From positions 1,089,835 to 1,153,834 of the forward strand of contig NW_015161405.1 of assembly GCF_001447785.1 (NCBI RefSeq): a DNA stretch of 64,000 nucleotides, in the 5' to 3' direction. Source of the DNA: Gekko japonicus. Its lineage: Eukaryota. A program made the position numbers and the translations under genes. Below the pieces are notes generated by a model. The model did no database searches. It was given only the letters and a program-made list of their open reading frames with translations, and had not been told where the DNA came from. Positions 23,413-35,895 of this stretch are shown here, in pieces (positions within the stretch are counted from its first letter, which is position 1; each line of letters starts with the position of its first letter).

Positions 23413-25546
23413 CTATCAAGTTGCCTAAATAAGTCTTCCCTCTGAGGCCAAAACATTCCTGAAAAGGGCCCTGTCCCCTCCCTCTGCCTTTTCCTGACAG
23501 AAAGCAAGCCTGTTGTGGTTGCCGAGCAACAGCTACTGAGAACATCCCTTTTTAAAGCTACAGGAGCTCGTTTTTATAACTCTCATGTATTTCCCCCCTT
23601 TTTTTTGGATTTCAAACCTGAGTGTTTTTCTGAAAACCTGAGTGTTTTTCAGGTTTATAGAAAGATTTGTCTTGGCACATCATGGGTCCAGTCCTCAAAT
23701 CTGGCCAACTTCATTATTAGAATATACAGGGAACACAGTAGCGATGGTGGGGGGCAGGGAGCCACTCTGGGCCTGGGAGAGTGGGAGAGAACCTAGGAGA
23801 AAGGCACAACAGCAGGGCCTGGGCAGGCAGTGATGATGGGAACCATGCCAGGCTCGGGCAGTGGCAACAATTGGGGGCAGGGAGCCCCCACACTCTGCTC
23901 ACCTGACATTCTACCTACCGTGACTCTTCTGCTCCTGGGCCGGCATCTTCTTAGGGCTGAGTGAGTCAAGGTATTCTGGGCTGGGCCCCTTGCTTGTTTC
24001 TGGCTCGAAGGAGGCTTCCTGTAGCCTAGTGGTGATTGCTGCAACTACCAGGAGCCATACTAACTGCAGTGAAGAAGGGGGAGGCTGGCTGGAGCCTGGT
24101 GATAGCGGCTGCATTGTCTCATGGCCTGTCTACAGCAGGGGGGCTTTCAGGGTCTGGTTTCACTAGCCTGTCCTCCCACCAGTCCCATCCCAGCTTTCTT
24201 GCCAGGGTGCCTCCCACCCACCCCCAGTCCCATCACTGCTGGCTGCCTCATGAAGGCTCATATCAGGCTCTTGCAATTCAGTGTGGCAGCAGCCACTGAG
24301 GGCTGCTTGGCATTGGTGGCGTTCTGGCCTCTTGTGATTCAGCTGTGGAAGGCCACCTGACATTCACGGTGCTGCAGCCAGCCCCATGGAACCCACTGGA
24401 GTGGGAGAGGATGGGGCAAAGGTGCCTTCACCCCCATACAGCACCACTGTAGCTGGCTCCCTCAGTCACAGTGCCACCACCTCAGAGGCTAGTGCGGACA
24501 ATAAGCAATTGTGGAGCTCTACGCATGTGCCAAAAGATTGGGGGGGGGGATTTCTCCATCAATTTTCTGTAAATGTTTAGATTTTTCTGCAAATGGGAGT
24601 GTCCCCCAAATTTGCAAAAAACAAACAAACCCAAACCCTCTCTTCTCTCCACATGGCCTCAGTTCATGGATTTAAATATCCACAGATGGAGCCAAGTTGA
24701 GAATTAGATATATTGATGATATTGATGTTGATATTTATGATAAACACCGAAGCCATTAATGTGTTGCCATTTCCATTGAAGTCTGTACACTTCAGTGCAC
24801 AAACTCAAGATGGAAAAAAATGTTGTTAGCCACTAAAGTCCTGTTTTGCCACTCTTTTAGTTATTCATACTGATTCAGTATTAAATTTGTATGTAGAATA
24901 GATATATTTTAAGAAAATACATTTGGTTTCTGTATGCTTTATTAAATACATCTACATAAAAATAATGCAATTTTATCCCTCTGCTGTGGGCAAGCTTCAC
25001 TCAGCTTCAGCCCCATTCCTCAAGCATCACCGAAAGGGTGGTGGGGTGGGTGGGTGTCCAGGTATGTAGCCTACAAACCAGGTTGCAATATAAAGAGTGT
25101 GTTTGAACCAGACAGGTGATCATTAGTGTATTCAAAATGTGTATAATTACCAGCTGGTGGGCTTATACAACCCTCATGAATGAAACTTAAAGCCCCAGAA
25201 TGATCATGATTGTTTTATTTTCACAACTGTTTCCATGATACCATCCAGATTACACAACTATCACATGTTAGCTGGCCTGTTCACATGCCCTGAATTATTC
25301 TACAGCTACCAATTCATATTACAAGTGCCTTTACAATGCCTCTTACTTACAGCGTATAAACTGTAGCTGTTGTTCTTTGAAATGCATTCGCCACAGCTAA
25401 GTTCATTAAAATGTAGCCTTTCTTTAAACTTTGTTGAAGCTTTTGTTCTGGCAGTTGGAAAAACACATTGTTCCCTTAGAAGTAAGAAGATGCACAATAT
25501 ATATTGCATCTAGTGCTGCGTCCTGATGTCTAAGGGCTCAGAAGAA

Positions 25547-25742
25547 NNNNNNNNNNNNNNNNNNNNNNNNNNNNNNNNNNNNNNNNNNNNNNNNNNNNNN
25601 NNNNNNNNNNNNNNNNNNNNNNNNNNNNNNNNNNNNNNNNNNNNNNNNNNNNNNNNNNNNNNNNNNNNNNNNNNNNNNNNNNNNNNNNNNNNNNNNNNNN
25701 NNNNNNNNNNNNNNNNNNNNNNNNNNNNNNNNNNNNNNNNNN
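25547..25742. other. Assembly gap
   Basis: Run of N. Confidence 1.
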
Positions 25743-25829
25743 CCAGCCCTCCCTCACTGATTTGTTTTCTCTTATACTCTCTCTCCCTTTCTTCCCCCCC
25801 CCCAACCTCTATGCTGACTGTTTGCTCAG

Positions 25830-25937
25830 GTGGACAGTGACACCATTTGGAATGAGCTGCATTCGTCCGGTGCTGCACGCATGGCTGTTGGCTGTGTCAT
25901 CGAATTGGCTTCCAAAGTGGCCTCAGGAGAACTGAAG
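25830..25937 (+). CDS. HDAC9: Histone deacetylase 9 coding exon (108 nt, phase 0-0)
   Basis: tttgctcag|GTG...AAG|gtgagg. Translates [36 protein letters not shown], which matches HDAC9 rather than HDAC4/5/7 as I recall them. Confidence 0.96.
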
Positions 25938-26683
25938 GTGAGGTCTGGGTTGCATTGTGTGTGGGAAAACCCGGGAAGAAGCTGAAAGCGATGTTGTTGT
26001 TCTGGGGTTGAAGGAAGGGGAGTGGAGAAAGGCGAATGGGGAAAATCGTGGGTCACAAAGGTGTGGTAATCTAAATAGCCTTCCCTGGTAGTCAGGAGAT
26101 GGTTTATTGCTCTCAGAAGCCTTCAAGTTGACCAGAAACAGTTTTCTGTCACTACAATACTGTGGTATTGTTCAAGTTATTTTAATCTAGAGATTAGGTA
26201 CCTGATGTCCATGTGAAAATGATAGAGAGGGCGTAAAGATCTGGTGTGCTGTTCCAAAGTTGCCCTTTGAGGTGATTTTATTATTGAGTTGTAAACAGAG
26301 CCTCAAAATGCCACCCAAAGTGAAGAAAAGTAAATAAGGGACCTGTGGGCTTTGAAGAAAGAATGGGATTGTTGATTAGAAGGGAAATGGTGCAGAGTAT
26401 GCCTTTCCATCAAACAATCTGAAACTATGAACTCTTCTCTCTTCCCTCCATTTTTGAGTCTCGTCTCTACATGAGCTGAAAAAGGATGAGGTACAAACCC
26501 CAAATTATCCCCAGTCTAAACAATTTATAAAATGTACATACTTGACAGATTTTGACATTTTATTTGGTATTTTAACAATTCTATTGAAAGGTAGACCTCC
26601 TACAGCCTTGAATGCTCAGTTACCCCAATAAACATTGCTGGAGCTAACATATTGTCAACAAAAATGTTTATTAACTTTTTAGA

Positions 26684-29021
26684 CCAAACAGCAGTGGGTT
26701 TCAAGCAAAGCAGAAGTAGAGAGTTCAGATTTGACAACCAATGCTACACTGAACTTTAATTTTAATAGAAATCAAATTATTGGTATGTAACTTTCTGTTA
26801 TGCTGAAAGTTTCAATCTCTTCTTTTTTATTGGATATTATCAGTGGGTGTTTATGTGTAGTCTTCATGAAGGTTAATGTGAGGGAATTTCCACAGGATAA
26901 ATGATGATAGCAAATGTATTTCAAAATTCATACAGATCTATTCTTTATTTGGTGACTATTTTTTATATCACATCACCAACCTGCTGTCTTTTTCAAAAGA
27001 AAAATTCAAGGTGGTTAACAACAAGCCAACAGAAATTGCCTTGCCTTTTCTCCTGAACAGTGGCTGGTGACAGCTATATTTTCAGAGAAGAGTGGTCAGG
27101 TGACTGTTGAACAGGAAGGCTGATGGAAGGAGCCCTGCTTATCCCCCCTCTCCACTTCATCAGAATGGAGATGCATATTTTAAGGCAGGAACTAGAAACC
27201 CAAAACACCATCCTGCACCTCTTCCTCTTTCCTAATAATGCAAAACATGTGACATGCCATAACTATGCTGTTCGTTTCTGTGCCCCACAAGCAGCAGCCA
27301 ATGAAGGATGGGAAAACTTACATCACAGTGATGTGACATCACACATTTTATATTAATAGAAATCACCAGGGGAGAGAGAAGGAGGAGATGAAGGGCTCCC
27401 GTTTTTGGCAGCTGCCACACATCTGCTGTAACATCTGGTTCTGATGTAAAATTCAGACCCTGATCTTTTAAATGTGCTTCAAAATTCTCCTTAAATCAAA
27501 CACATTTGTACTTAAAATACAACTGAAATCCTGAATGCAGAGACCATTTAGAACTCCTGAATGCTATGACTGAGAACAAGTTCAGTTGAGAGGATAGAAA
27601 ATGTGACTTGGGAAACCTCCTGGTGATGTGGTTGACTTGGACACCATCCATTGAAACCTGAACTGTATTAAACACTGTTTACTTAAATCCCAGCGATTTC
27701 AGTGTGACAGGCATATCTAAATTTTTCTCCGTTTTGCCTTTTCTGGCCTTGAGCAAGTCATGACTCACTCAGCTTCAGTTCCCCATCTCTTCTTTTTTAT
27801 TTGATTTTATCAGTGGGCGTTTATGTGTAGTCTACATGAAGGTTAATGTGAGGGAATTTTTAATTTTTCCACAGGATAAATGATGATAGCAAATGCCAAA
27901 CAGCAGTGGGTTTCAAGCAAAGCAGAAGTAGAGAGTTCAGATTTGACAACCAATGCTACACTGAACTTTAATTTTAATAGAAATCAAATTATTGGTATGT
28001 AACTTTCTGTTATGCTGAAAGTTTCAATCTCTTCTTTTTTATTGGATATTATCAGTGGGTGTTTATGTGTAGTCTTCATGAAGGTTAATGTGAGGGAATT
28101 TCCACAGGATAAATGATGATAGCAAATGTATTTCAAAATTCATACAGATCTATTCTTTATTTGGTGACTATTTTTTATATCACATCACCAACCTGCCGTC
28201 TTTTTCGAAAGAAAAATTCAAGGTGGTTAACAAATACAAAACTGGTAAAAAAAACAAGCCAACAGAGATTGCCTTGCTATTTCTCCTGAACAGTGGCTGG
28301 TGACAGCTATATTTTCAGAGAAGAGTGGTCAGGTGACTGTTGAACAGGAAGGCTGATGGAAGGAGCCCTGCTTATCCCCCCTCTCCACTTCATCAGAATG
28401 GAGATGCATATTTTAAGGCAGGAACTAGAAACCCAAAACACCATCCTGCACCTCTTCCTCTTTCCTAATAATGCAAAACATGTGACATGCCATAACTATG
28501 CTGTTCGTTTCTGTGCCCCACAAGCAGCAGCCAATGAAGGATGGGAAAACTTACATCACAGTGATGTGACATCACACATTTTATATTAATAGAAATCACC
28601 AGGGGAGAGAGAAGGAGGAGATGAAGGGCTCCCGTTTTTGGCAGCTGCCACACATCTGCTGTAACATCTGGTTCTGATGTAAAATTCAGACCCTGATCTT
28701 TTAAATGTGCTTCAAAATTCTCCTTAAATCAAACACATTTGTACTTAAAATACAACTGAAATCCTGAATGCAGAGACCATTTAGAACTCCTGAATGCTAT
28801 GACTGAGAACAAGTTCAGTTGAGAGGATAGAAAATGTGACTTGGGAAACCTCCTGGTGATGTGGTTGACTTGGACACCATCCATTGAAACCTGAACTGTA
28901 TTAAACACTGTTTACTTAAATCCCAGCGATTTCAGTGTGACAGGCATATCTAAATTTTTCTCCGTTTTGCCTTTTCTGGCCTTGAGCAAGTCATGACTCA
29001 CTCAGCTTCAGTTCCCCATCT
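26684..29021. repeat. Near-identical tandem duplication (26684-27788 and 27896-29021) with a 107-bp variant spacer
   Basis: Identical ORF pairs at offset 1233. Differences are confined to one short cluster that includes a 21-bp indel. Confidence 0.97.
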
Positions 29022-30123
29022 ATAAAATGTAAAAAAAACCCCCAAACCCATATATATCTCATAGAGTCGTTGTACATAGAGTAAAGAATAACAATAATAA
29101 ATCTTGTCAAACAATGACTCAGTATTTCATCCCTTCATTAAAGTCAACTTTAATATAAGCTTTTCAGAATGGTGGCTACTCAAGGACAGTGGCAAGATTT
29201 TATGTAAGTTTCCTACAAGTAGAAACAAGGTGAATTATGACAACTTCCTTCTCCTGTTGCAGCTCTCCATGCTGCTCAGATTCTCTCCCCATTGGTCAGT
29301 TGACCCCTGAGAGGACTGTGAGGGCTAAGTGGTGGTCCACAATAGGAAAGTAAAAATCATCCCCTCTTCCAAAAGTGAAAAATGTAGGTAACTTACAGTA
29401 AGGAAAGAGCACATTTTTTACATGTGTATAGTCCCAGATTCAGCGCTTGATATCTCCTAATAAGGGGTCTTGGGTAACAGAAATTGGGAAAGATTTTTCT
29501 AGACCTATTACCACGAAGACACACAGTGTGGTGGCCACAGAACGATATGCTTTAGTAGAAAATCATTCCCTAGAGGTTGACTTGGACTCTTAAAGTAAAG
29601 GAATTTAGATTTTTTGCACGTCCGTCTTTTCTGTTTTAAAGTATTGCTATGGGGAAAATGAGCCAATTACACTTTGTTATCTTTAAACAATGTAGGCTTC
29701 CCTGATATATCAGAATTTAAAAAGGAAGGCTAGATAAGAATAATCAGACATGCTTTATGTACAGTTGACACAACTAGGATTTGTTGCAAGGTCTTTATGG
29801 CTTATCTCTCTGGATTTATGGCATTTTTCTCATGGTGGATTTACTCTTCACTGTTTATCTCTGTGTAATGAAGAGCTTAGAAAAATGAAATTGTCAATCA
29901 ATCTTCTTTTTCAGTGGCCACTGAAGTAGCAGCAATAATGTAGTAAATGCTGCATAGATATGTGGTTTTTTATCCATATTTATTCACAGTTTATTTTGTT
30001 AAAGATTTAAAGAATTCTGAGTGGGATGTTTGTCTGGAGAAGGGATGAACATGAACTGGGAAAATGCAGTTTGTTTCACTTCGTGGTTTGTGGTGTGCCT
30101 GGTTTGTGAGCCATTAATTGTCA

Positions 30124-31120
30124 TGACGATGAAAGTGTAGTACATCTTTCCTATTGTGGCTTAGTTACTGCAGAGTGTAGAAGCAATTACAAAAAATATT
30201 CTAGAATAGACTGACACCTATGACTTGAAGGGAATGCTGGAAGAAATTGCTGGGAGGAATGAAAGATGAGTCTTGTAGATTATTTTATTTTTATTTATTT
30301 TATTATTACACTTATATCCCACCCTCCCCGCGAACGGGCTCAGGGCGGCTTACAAATAAGGGCAATGTGTGCCAAATAAAACATTAAAACAGCATAAAAT
30401 CAACCATATTTAACAATAATAAAGTGCTCAATGATGTTACCAATTTGATCAAGTCAATCGAATCAGATGGTGACCTATAGATGTACCCAAAAGCACGCTT
30501 CAGCAGCCCCAACCCCATCGCAATACTGTAGCGAGATCTTTATGCTGGGCCATCCCAGCACCCCGTTGTTGCCACCAAATAGGTGGTGGTGGTGGTAGTG
30601 GTGGCTCCTAATTAAAAGCCTGGCGGAAGAGCTCCGTCTTGCAGGCCCTGCGGAACTGTGAGATTGTTTCAGTGTTAAAATGCAATACCAAACATTTCAA
30701 AGTTTGAGAGCATAGCATGGTTTAAATATTATGGGACTGGTAAGTATAAATCACTCTATTTGTTGTGGAACACTCTAGACAAGGAAAACAATTGCCGCAG
30801 GGTCATACATACAAATGAATGTATTCATGTGGAAAACTATCACCCACCAGTTCTTTCATATTTATTCAAAAATTGTAGACCTTTTTTCTCAACACATCAC
30901 AGCAGATAAATACTTAAAACGTATCAAAACAATAGACAGTCCAACCAAATATCAAACATTTTGGGGGCTTCGTAATATCTGACAATGAAAGCGTAGTACA
31001 TCTTTCCTATTGTGGCTTAGTTATTGCAGAGTGTAGAAGCAATTAAAACAAATATTCTAAAATAGACTGACACCTTGAAGGGAATGCTGGAAGAAATTGC
31101 TGGGAGGAATGAAAGCTGAG
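30124..31120. repeat. Direct repeat of about 145 bp (30124-30270 and 30980-31120)
   Basis: GTAGTACATCTTTCCTATTGTGGCTTAGTTA...TTGAAGGGAATGCTGGAAGAAATTGCTGGGAGGAATGAAAG in both copies, with several substitutions and a 6-bp indel. Confidence 0.92.
30280..30660 (-). mobile_element. L2 LINE 3' fragment
   Basis: (TTTA)n tail, CCCACCCTCCCCGCG...GGGCTCAGGGCGG 3' end, and ORF2 end on the minus strand (FRRACKTELFRQAF). Confidence 0.85.
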
Positions 31121-32804
31121 CACAGTTAGATACTGGAAGAGGCACTTTACTTGAAGTCTTCATTTTATTTATTGACTGAAATTTCTACATTTTTATGTGT
31201 TTGTTTATAATATTAGCTGTCTATATCCATTTCAGAACTCAAGGTGGCTTACAATATAAATAGAACAATTATAAAAAGACAGAAAAACAATATGAATTAA
31301 GCAACAATTATAAAAACGCATCCTTTCTCCACCCCCTAGTGCAGATTCCACCCCCCATCAAAATATCAGCATATATATCTGCACCACAGAACCAATAATG
31401 TTTTAAAATTGCACATCTCAAGCTAAACCAACCACTGCTAGCAACATAGAAAGTTATAAAATGTTTTATTTTAGCAAAATTAAATTATCAGAAATACAAA
31501 ATACCAAATATGACTGGTCTGATCATATTGAGTGACTGGTGATAAAAGAAAGTTTGTGCTTCTTATTGGCTATGAATGTTTCCTGAATGAGCAACTCACT
31601 TGCAGGAAACAAGCAAATGCCAGTCCCCAAGAATTGAATGCCTTAGTACCATTAGGTTGCAATGGAATGGGTGACTGCAGCTTGGATATTTTGGCATCAA
31701 AGGGAGTATTTGGAGGAAAGCAAAATGTTGTCCAAACATTTAAAGCCTGTTTGAAGCCCTGAGGGGGAGCTGAGTTGGCATCAAGATGGGATTCCCTCAC
31801 TTGCCATGAGCTTCATTTTCCCTAAGTGACACTGGAAAACAGCAAGATTCAATTGGCTGTACCATTCCCCCCCCCGCTACGGCAATAGGAAGAATAAAGG
31901 TTTTAAATACAAAAATGGTGCCAAGACAGCAGCCTATGAGAACTGCCAATGGACTTAATGTAGAACAGTTCCCTGGCTGCCTTGTGGTAGCATTTCTTCT
32001 TCAGGTGAAAAGGAATGCTGCGGGGACATGTGGCTTCCTGTGGACAAGGATGCTTAAGTACATGCCAGTTCACCTCATGTTCTGATTGGTGGCTGTAAGC
32101 AGGGGCTAATTGGACTGTTCATGAGAGACTTGAACCTATTTGGTGGGTAACTTTCCATGTCTTCAAACAGCGTAAGTACAAACCAATAGGCTGCATTTCA
32201 CTAATGGATATTCCATAAACACCCTAATGAGAGCCCTAGACCTATCCTCCTGAATTGTCATTGTTGCGCACTGTTCCACAGCCAATTGTTTAAATAAAGA
32301 ATGTGCAAAAACAGTCGGTCAGTTGTTTGTAAACATTGTGGGTTTTTTTAGAGTCTTAGCATTTGGAATTTGTCTAAGTGCGTTATTGATTTTATTTTGT
32401 ATTTTTGCACAGCCTCATGGAAGGCACGGTTCCCTCACCCATTATAATTATCTTGCCCAACCATCCATGACCATGTGCATCTACTGTGCAGGTGAAAAAG
32501 CAGATGTGAGGCAAATGGAAATTGTTTAATTAGTTAATTAAACAGCAGATATAGCACAGCCAAAAATGTGTACAAAATTAGGGGTGTGCACTTTCTCTAT
32601 TACTGTTTTAATTCTAATCAGAAAATCAGCAAGGGCATTATCATCAGGTTTGTTAAATATCAGAAGTATTTCTGAAAAGTCGTTCTGGAAATATTGGTAA
32701 CACTCCCAATATTCCGCCTTGTGACTTTCCTATACAAAATGAAAATTTTGCAAGAGCCTCCCCTGCCCAAAAGTATCAAGAGCAGAGAGGGAGAAACAGG
32801 AAGT

Positions 32805-34049
32805 GCCCCTGACCCTCAGCTGTTTGAGGAGCAGTGGGTGCGAGATGGGGAGACAGATGGCTCCCCCCCCGGCTTCTCGGTCCTCCACCAATCCCGGACA
32901 ACGGGGTGGGGGGGAGGAGTGGCTTTGTTCGTTCGGGAGGTTAATTCCTTCAGGGCCCTCCCAGCCGCTAGGATCCCGGGCATTGAGTGTGCTGGCTTTG
33001 TGTGAAAAGCTGGGGAGAGTTTGGCTGTCTGGCTAGTGTACCACTAGTTTGTGGGGTGCCTCAAGGGGCAGTCCTCTCACCGATGCTGTTTAACATATAT
33101 ATACGCCCCCTTGCCCAGATTGCCCTGAGACATGGGCTGGGGTGTCATCAATATGCGGATGACACCCAGCTCTATCTGCTGTTGGGTGGTCAGTCTGGCT
33201 CTAACCCGGAGGATCTGGACCGAGTGTTGCGGGACGTAGCGGACTGGCTTAGGCTGAGTCGACTGAAACTGAATCCGATGAAGACAGCCTTTTACCATCT
33301 GCGGCTGATAAGGCAGTTGGTCCCCTTCCTCGAACGCAACGATCTGGCATCTGGCATGCTATGGTCACCTCGAGGTTGGATTACTGCAATGCTCTCTACA
33401 TGAGGCTGCCCCTGGGGCAACTCCGGAAGCTGCAGCTGGTGCAGAATGCTGTGGCCAGGTTGCTGATGGGTCTCCCCATGAGGGAGCACATCCAACCTGT
33501 CCTGAGGTTGCTGCACTGGCTGCCAATAGCGTTCCGGATAATGCTTCAAGGTGCTGGTTATGACCTTTAAAGCCCTAAATGGTCTGGGTCTACCTGAGGG
33601 ACCGCCTTTCCCCGTACGTTCCCCCAAGGACACTGAGATCCGAGTCACAAAATTGCTTGGTCCCCCCTGGCCCTAGGGACGCTAAGTTAACATTGACAAG
33701 AACTAGGGCGTTTTCCCTAGCTGCACCAGTATTGTGGAATCAGCTCCCAAATGAAATTCGAGCTCTGCGGGATCTTCACCAATTTCGTAGAGCGGTAAAG
33801 ACCGAGCTGTTCCAGTAAGCGTTTTAATAGCCCAGACCACACTGACCGTTCTAGCACTTTATAACAGATGGCTGCCACGTCTTAATTGTAATTTTAATCC
33901 TAATAAGCTATATTTGGTTATTTTATTGATCGTACTGTTTTAGATGTGATATTGTATTAATTGTTATACTGGTTTTTAAACTGCTGTAAGCGGCCCTGAG
34001 CCGCCTCGGCGGGAGGGCAGGGTAAAAGTCAAATAAATAAATAAATAAA
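32805..34049 (+). mobile_element. L2 LINE with internal deletions
   Basis: EN piece RTTGWGGGVALFV, RT pieces GVPQGAVLSPMLFNIY and QYADDTQLY, SRLDYCNAL, FRRAVKTELF, then a (TAAA)n tail. Confidence 0.93.
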
Positions 34050-34200
34050 TAAATACATACATACATACAATAAATTTAAACAGCCATTATTTTCAATGGG
34101 AAGACCAGGCTTCCAAACACTGGATTTGGGGCCTACATTTCAAATAATGACTCTTTAAACTTTAAAGAGGCATGGTTTTCATTGGCTGTTACAGCAACCA

Positions 34201-34463
34201 NNNNNNNNNNNNNNNNNNNNNNNNNNNNNNNNNNNNNNNNNNNNNNNNNNNNNNNNNNNNNNNNNNNNNNNNNNNNNNNNNNNNNNNNNNNNNNNNNNNN
34301 NNNNNNNNNNNNNNNNNNNNNNNNNNNNNNNNNNNNNNNNNNNNNNNNNNNNNNNNNNNNNNNNNNNNNNNNNNNNNNNNNNNNNNNNNNNNNNNNNNNN
34401 NNNNNNNNNNNNNNNNNNNNNNNNNNNNNNNNNNNNNNNNNNNNNNNNNNNNNNNNNNNNNNN
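34201..34463. other. Assembly gap
   Basis: Run of N. Confidence 1.
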
Positions 34464-34550
34464 AAAATGCTGTTCAAGTCAGACAGCAGTGAAGTGAGAA
34501 GATCCAAGACTTGACACCCAAGTAATCACAGTTTGATAAAATGGTAAATT

Positions 34551-35310
34551 TAAGAACATAAGAACATACGAGAAGCCAGTGCTGGATCAGGCCAATGGCC
34601 CATCTAGTCCAACACTCTGTCACACAGTGGCCAAAAATACCAGGTGCCATCAGGAGGTCCAGCAGTGGGGCCGGGACACTAGAAGCCCTCCCACTATTGA
34701 CCCTCCCCAAGCACCAAGAATACAGAGCATCACTTGCCCCAGAGTATACCTTGTGGCTAATAGCTCCATATGCTTATCTAATTCCCTCTTGAAGCTGTCC
34801 ATGCTTGTAGCCGCCACCACCTCCTGTGCCAGTGAATTCCATGTGTTAATCACTCTTTGGGTGAAGAAGTACTTCCTTTTATCTGTTCTAACCCCACTGC
34901 TCAGCAATTTCATTGAGAGCCCACGAGTTTTTGTATTGTGAGAAAGAGAGAAAAGTACTTCTTTCTCTACCTGCTTTATCCCATGCATTATCTTATAGAC
35001 CTCGATCATGTCACCCCTCAGCCGTCGTTTCTCCAAGCTAAAGAGCCCCAAGAGCTTTAACCTTTCTTCATAGGGAAAGTGTTCCAACCCTTTTATCATT
35101 CTAGTTGCCCTTTTCTGCACTTTTTCCAATGCTATAATATCCTTTTTGAGATGTGGTGACCAGAACTGTACACAGTACTCCAAATGAGGTCACACCATCG
35201 ATTTATACAGGGGCATTATGATACTGTCTGATTTGTTTACAATTCCCTTCCTAATAATCCCCAGCATAGCGTTGGCCTTTTTTATTGCAGTTGCACACTG
35301 TATAGATATT
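34551..35310 (-). mobile_element. CR1 LINE 3' fragment
   Basis: LEYCVQFWSPHLKKDIIALEKVQKRATRMI...FSLEKRRLRGDMIEVYK. (ATGTTCTT)n tail. Confidence 0.95.
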
Positions 35311-35651
35311 TTCAATTTTTCAAATTTACCTGCATAACCACGACATTCTCAGTATCCGTACCTGTGGGGTAAGTATACACTGATCATTTTTACTTGTTTT
35401 CAAGGCCCTCTGAATGACCACAGAAAGGGAACCACTAGTTGTGAAATGGGATTTTGTGTGTGTGTGTGTGTAATATCTCCCTGATTTGGCTCAATCATGA
35501 GTGAGATAGAGCTTAACATTCCTAGCTGAAGTTTTTTTGAAACTGATGATGTAAGCATGGGTGATTGCAGAAGTGGCTCTCTGGGAATCCGGTGCATGGT
35601 AGGCTTTCTGTATATAGGAGCCTATTTGTCTTTGCCATACTCTGCTTGTAA

Positions 35652-35895
35652 ATTTATTTATTTATTATGTATTTGATTCATTTATATCCTGCCAGTTTCC
35701 CCAATGAGGACCCAAAGTGTCTTACATCATTCTCCTCTCCTCCATTTTATCCTCACAATAACCCCATGAGGTAGGTTGCGCTAAGGAAGTGTGACTGGCC
35801 CAAGGTCACCCAGCAAGTTTCCATGGTACAAGTCAGGAATTTGAACCTGGGTCTCCTAGTCCACCACTCTTAACCACTACACCACACTGGCTCTC
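35652..35895 (-). mobile_element. Squam3-like SINE
   Basis: Full head (AACCACTACACCACACTGGCTCTC) and (TTTA)n tail. Confidence 0.85.

Noticed and set aside
1-25546. Search for the preceding HDAC9 exon (…LPCGGLG)
   Set aside because: No matching sequence with splice sites found by eye. It is probably upstream of the window.
25510-25878. ORFs spanning N runs (also 34133-34514)
   Set aside because: Artefacts of assembly gaps.
27123-28653. Identical 77-aa and 62-aa ORF pairs
   Set aside because: By-products of the tandem duplication, with no recognisable protein motifs.
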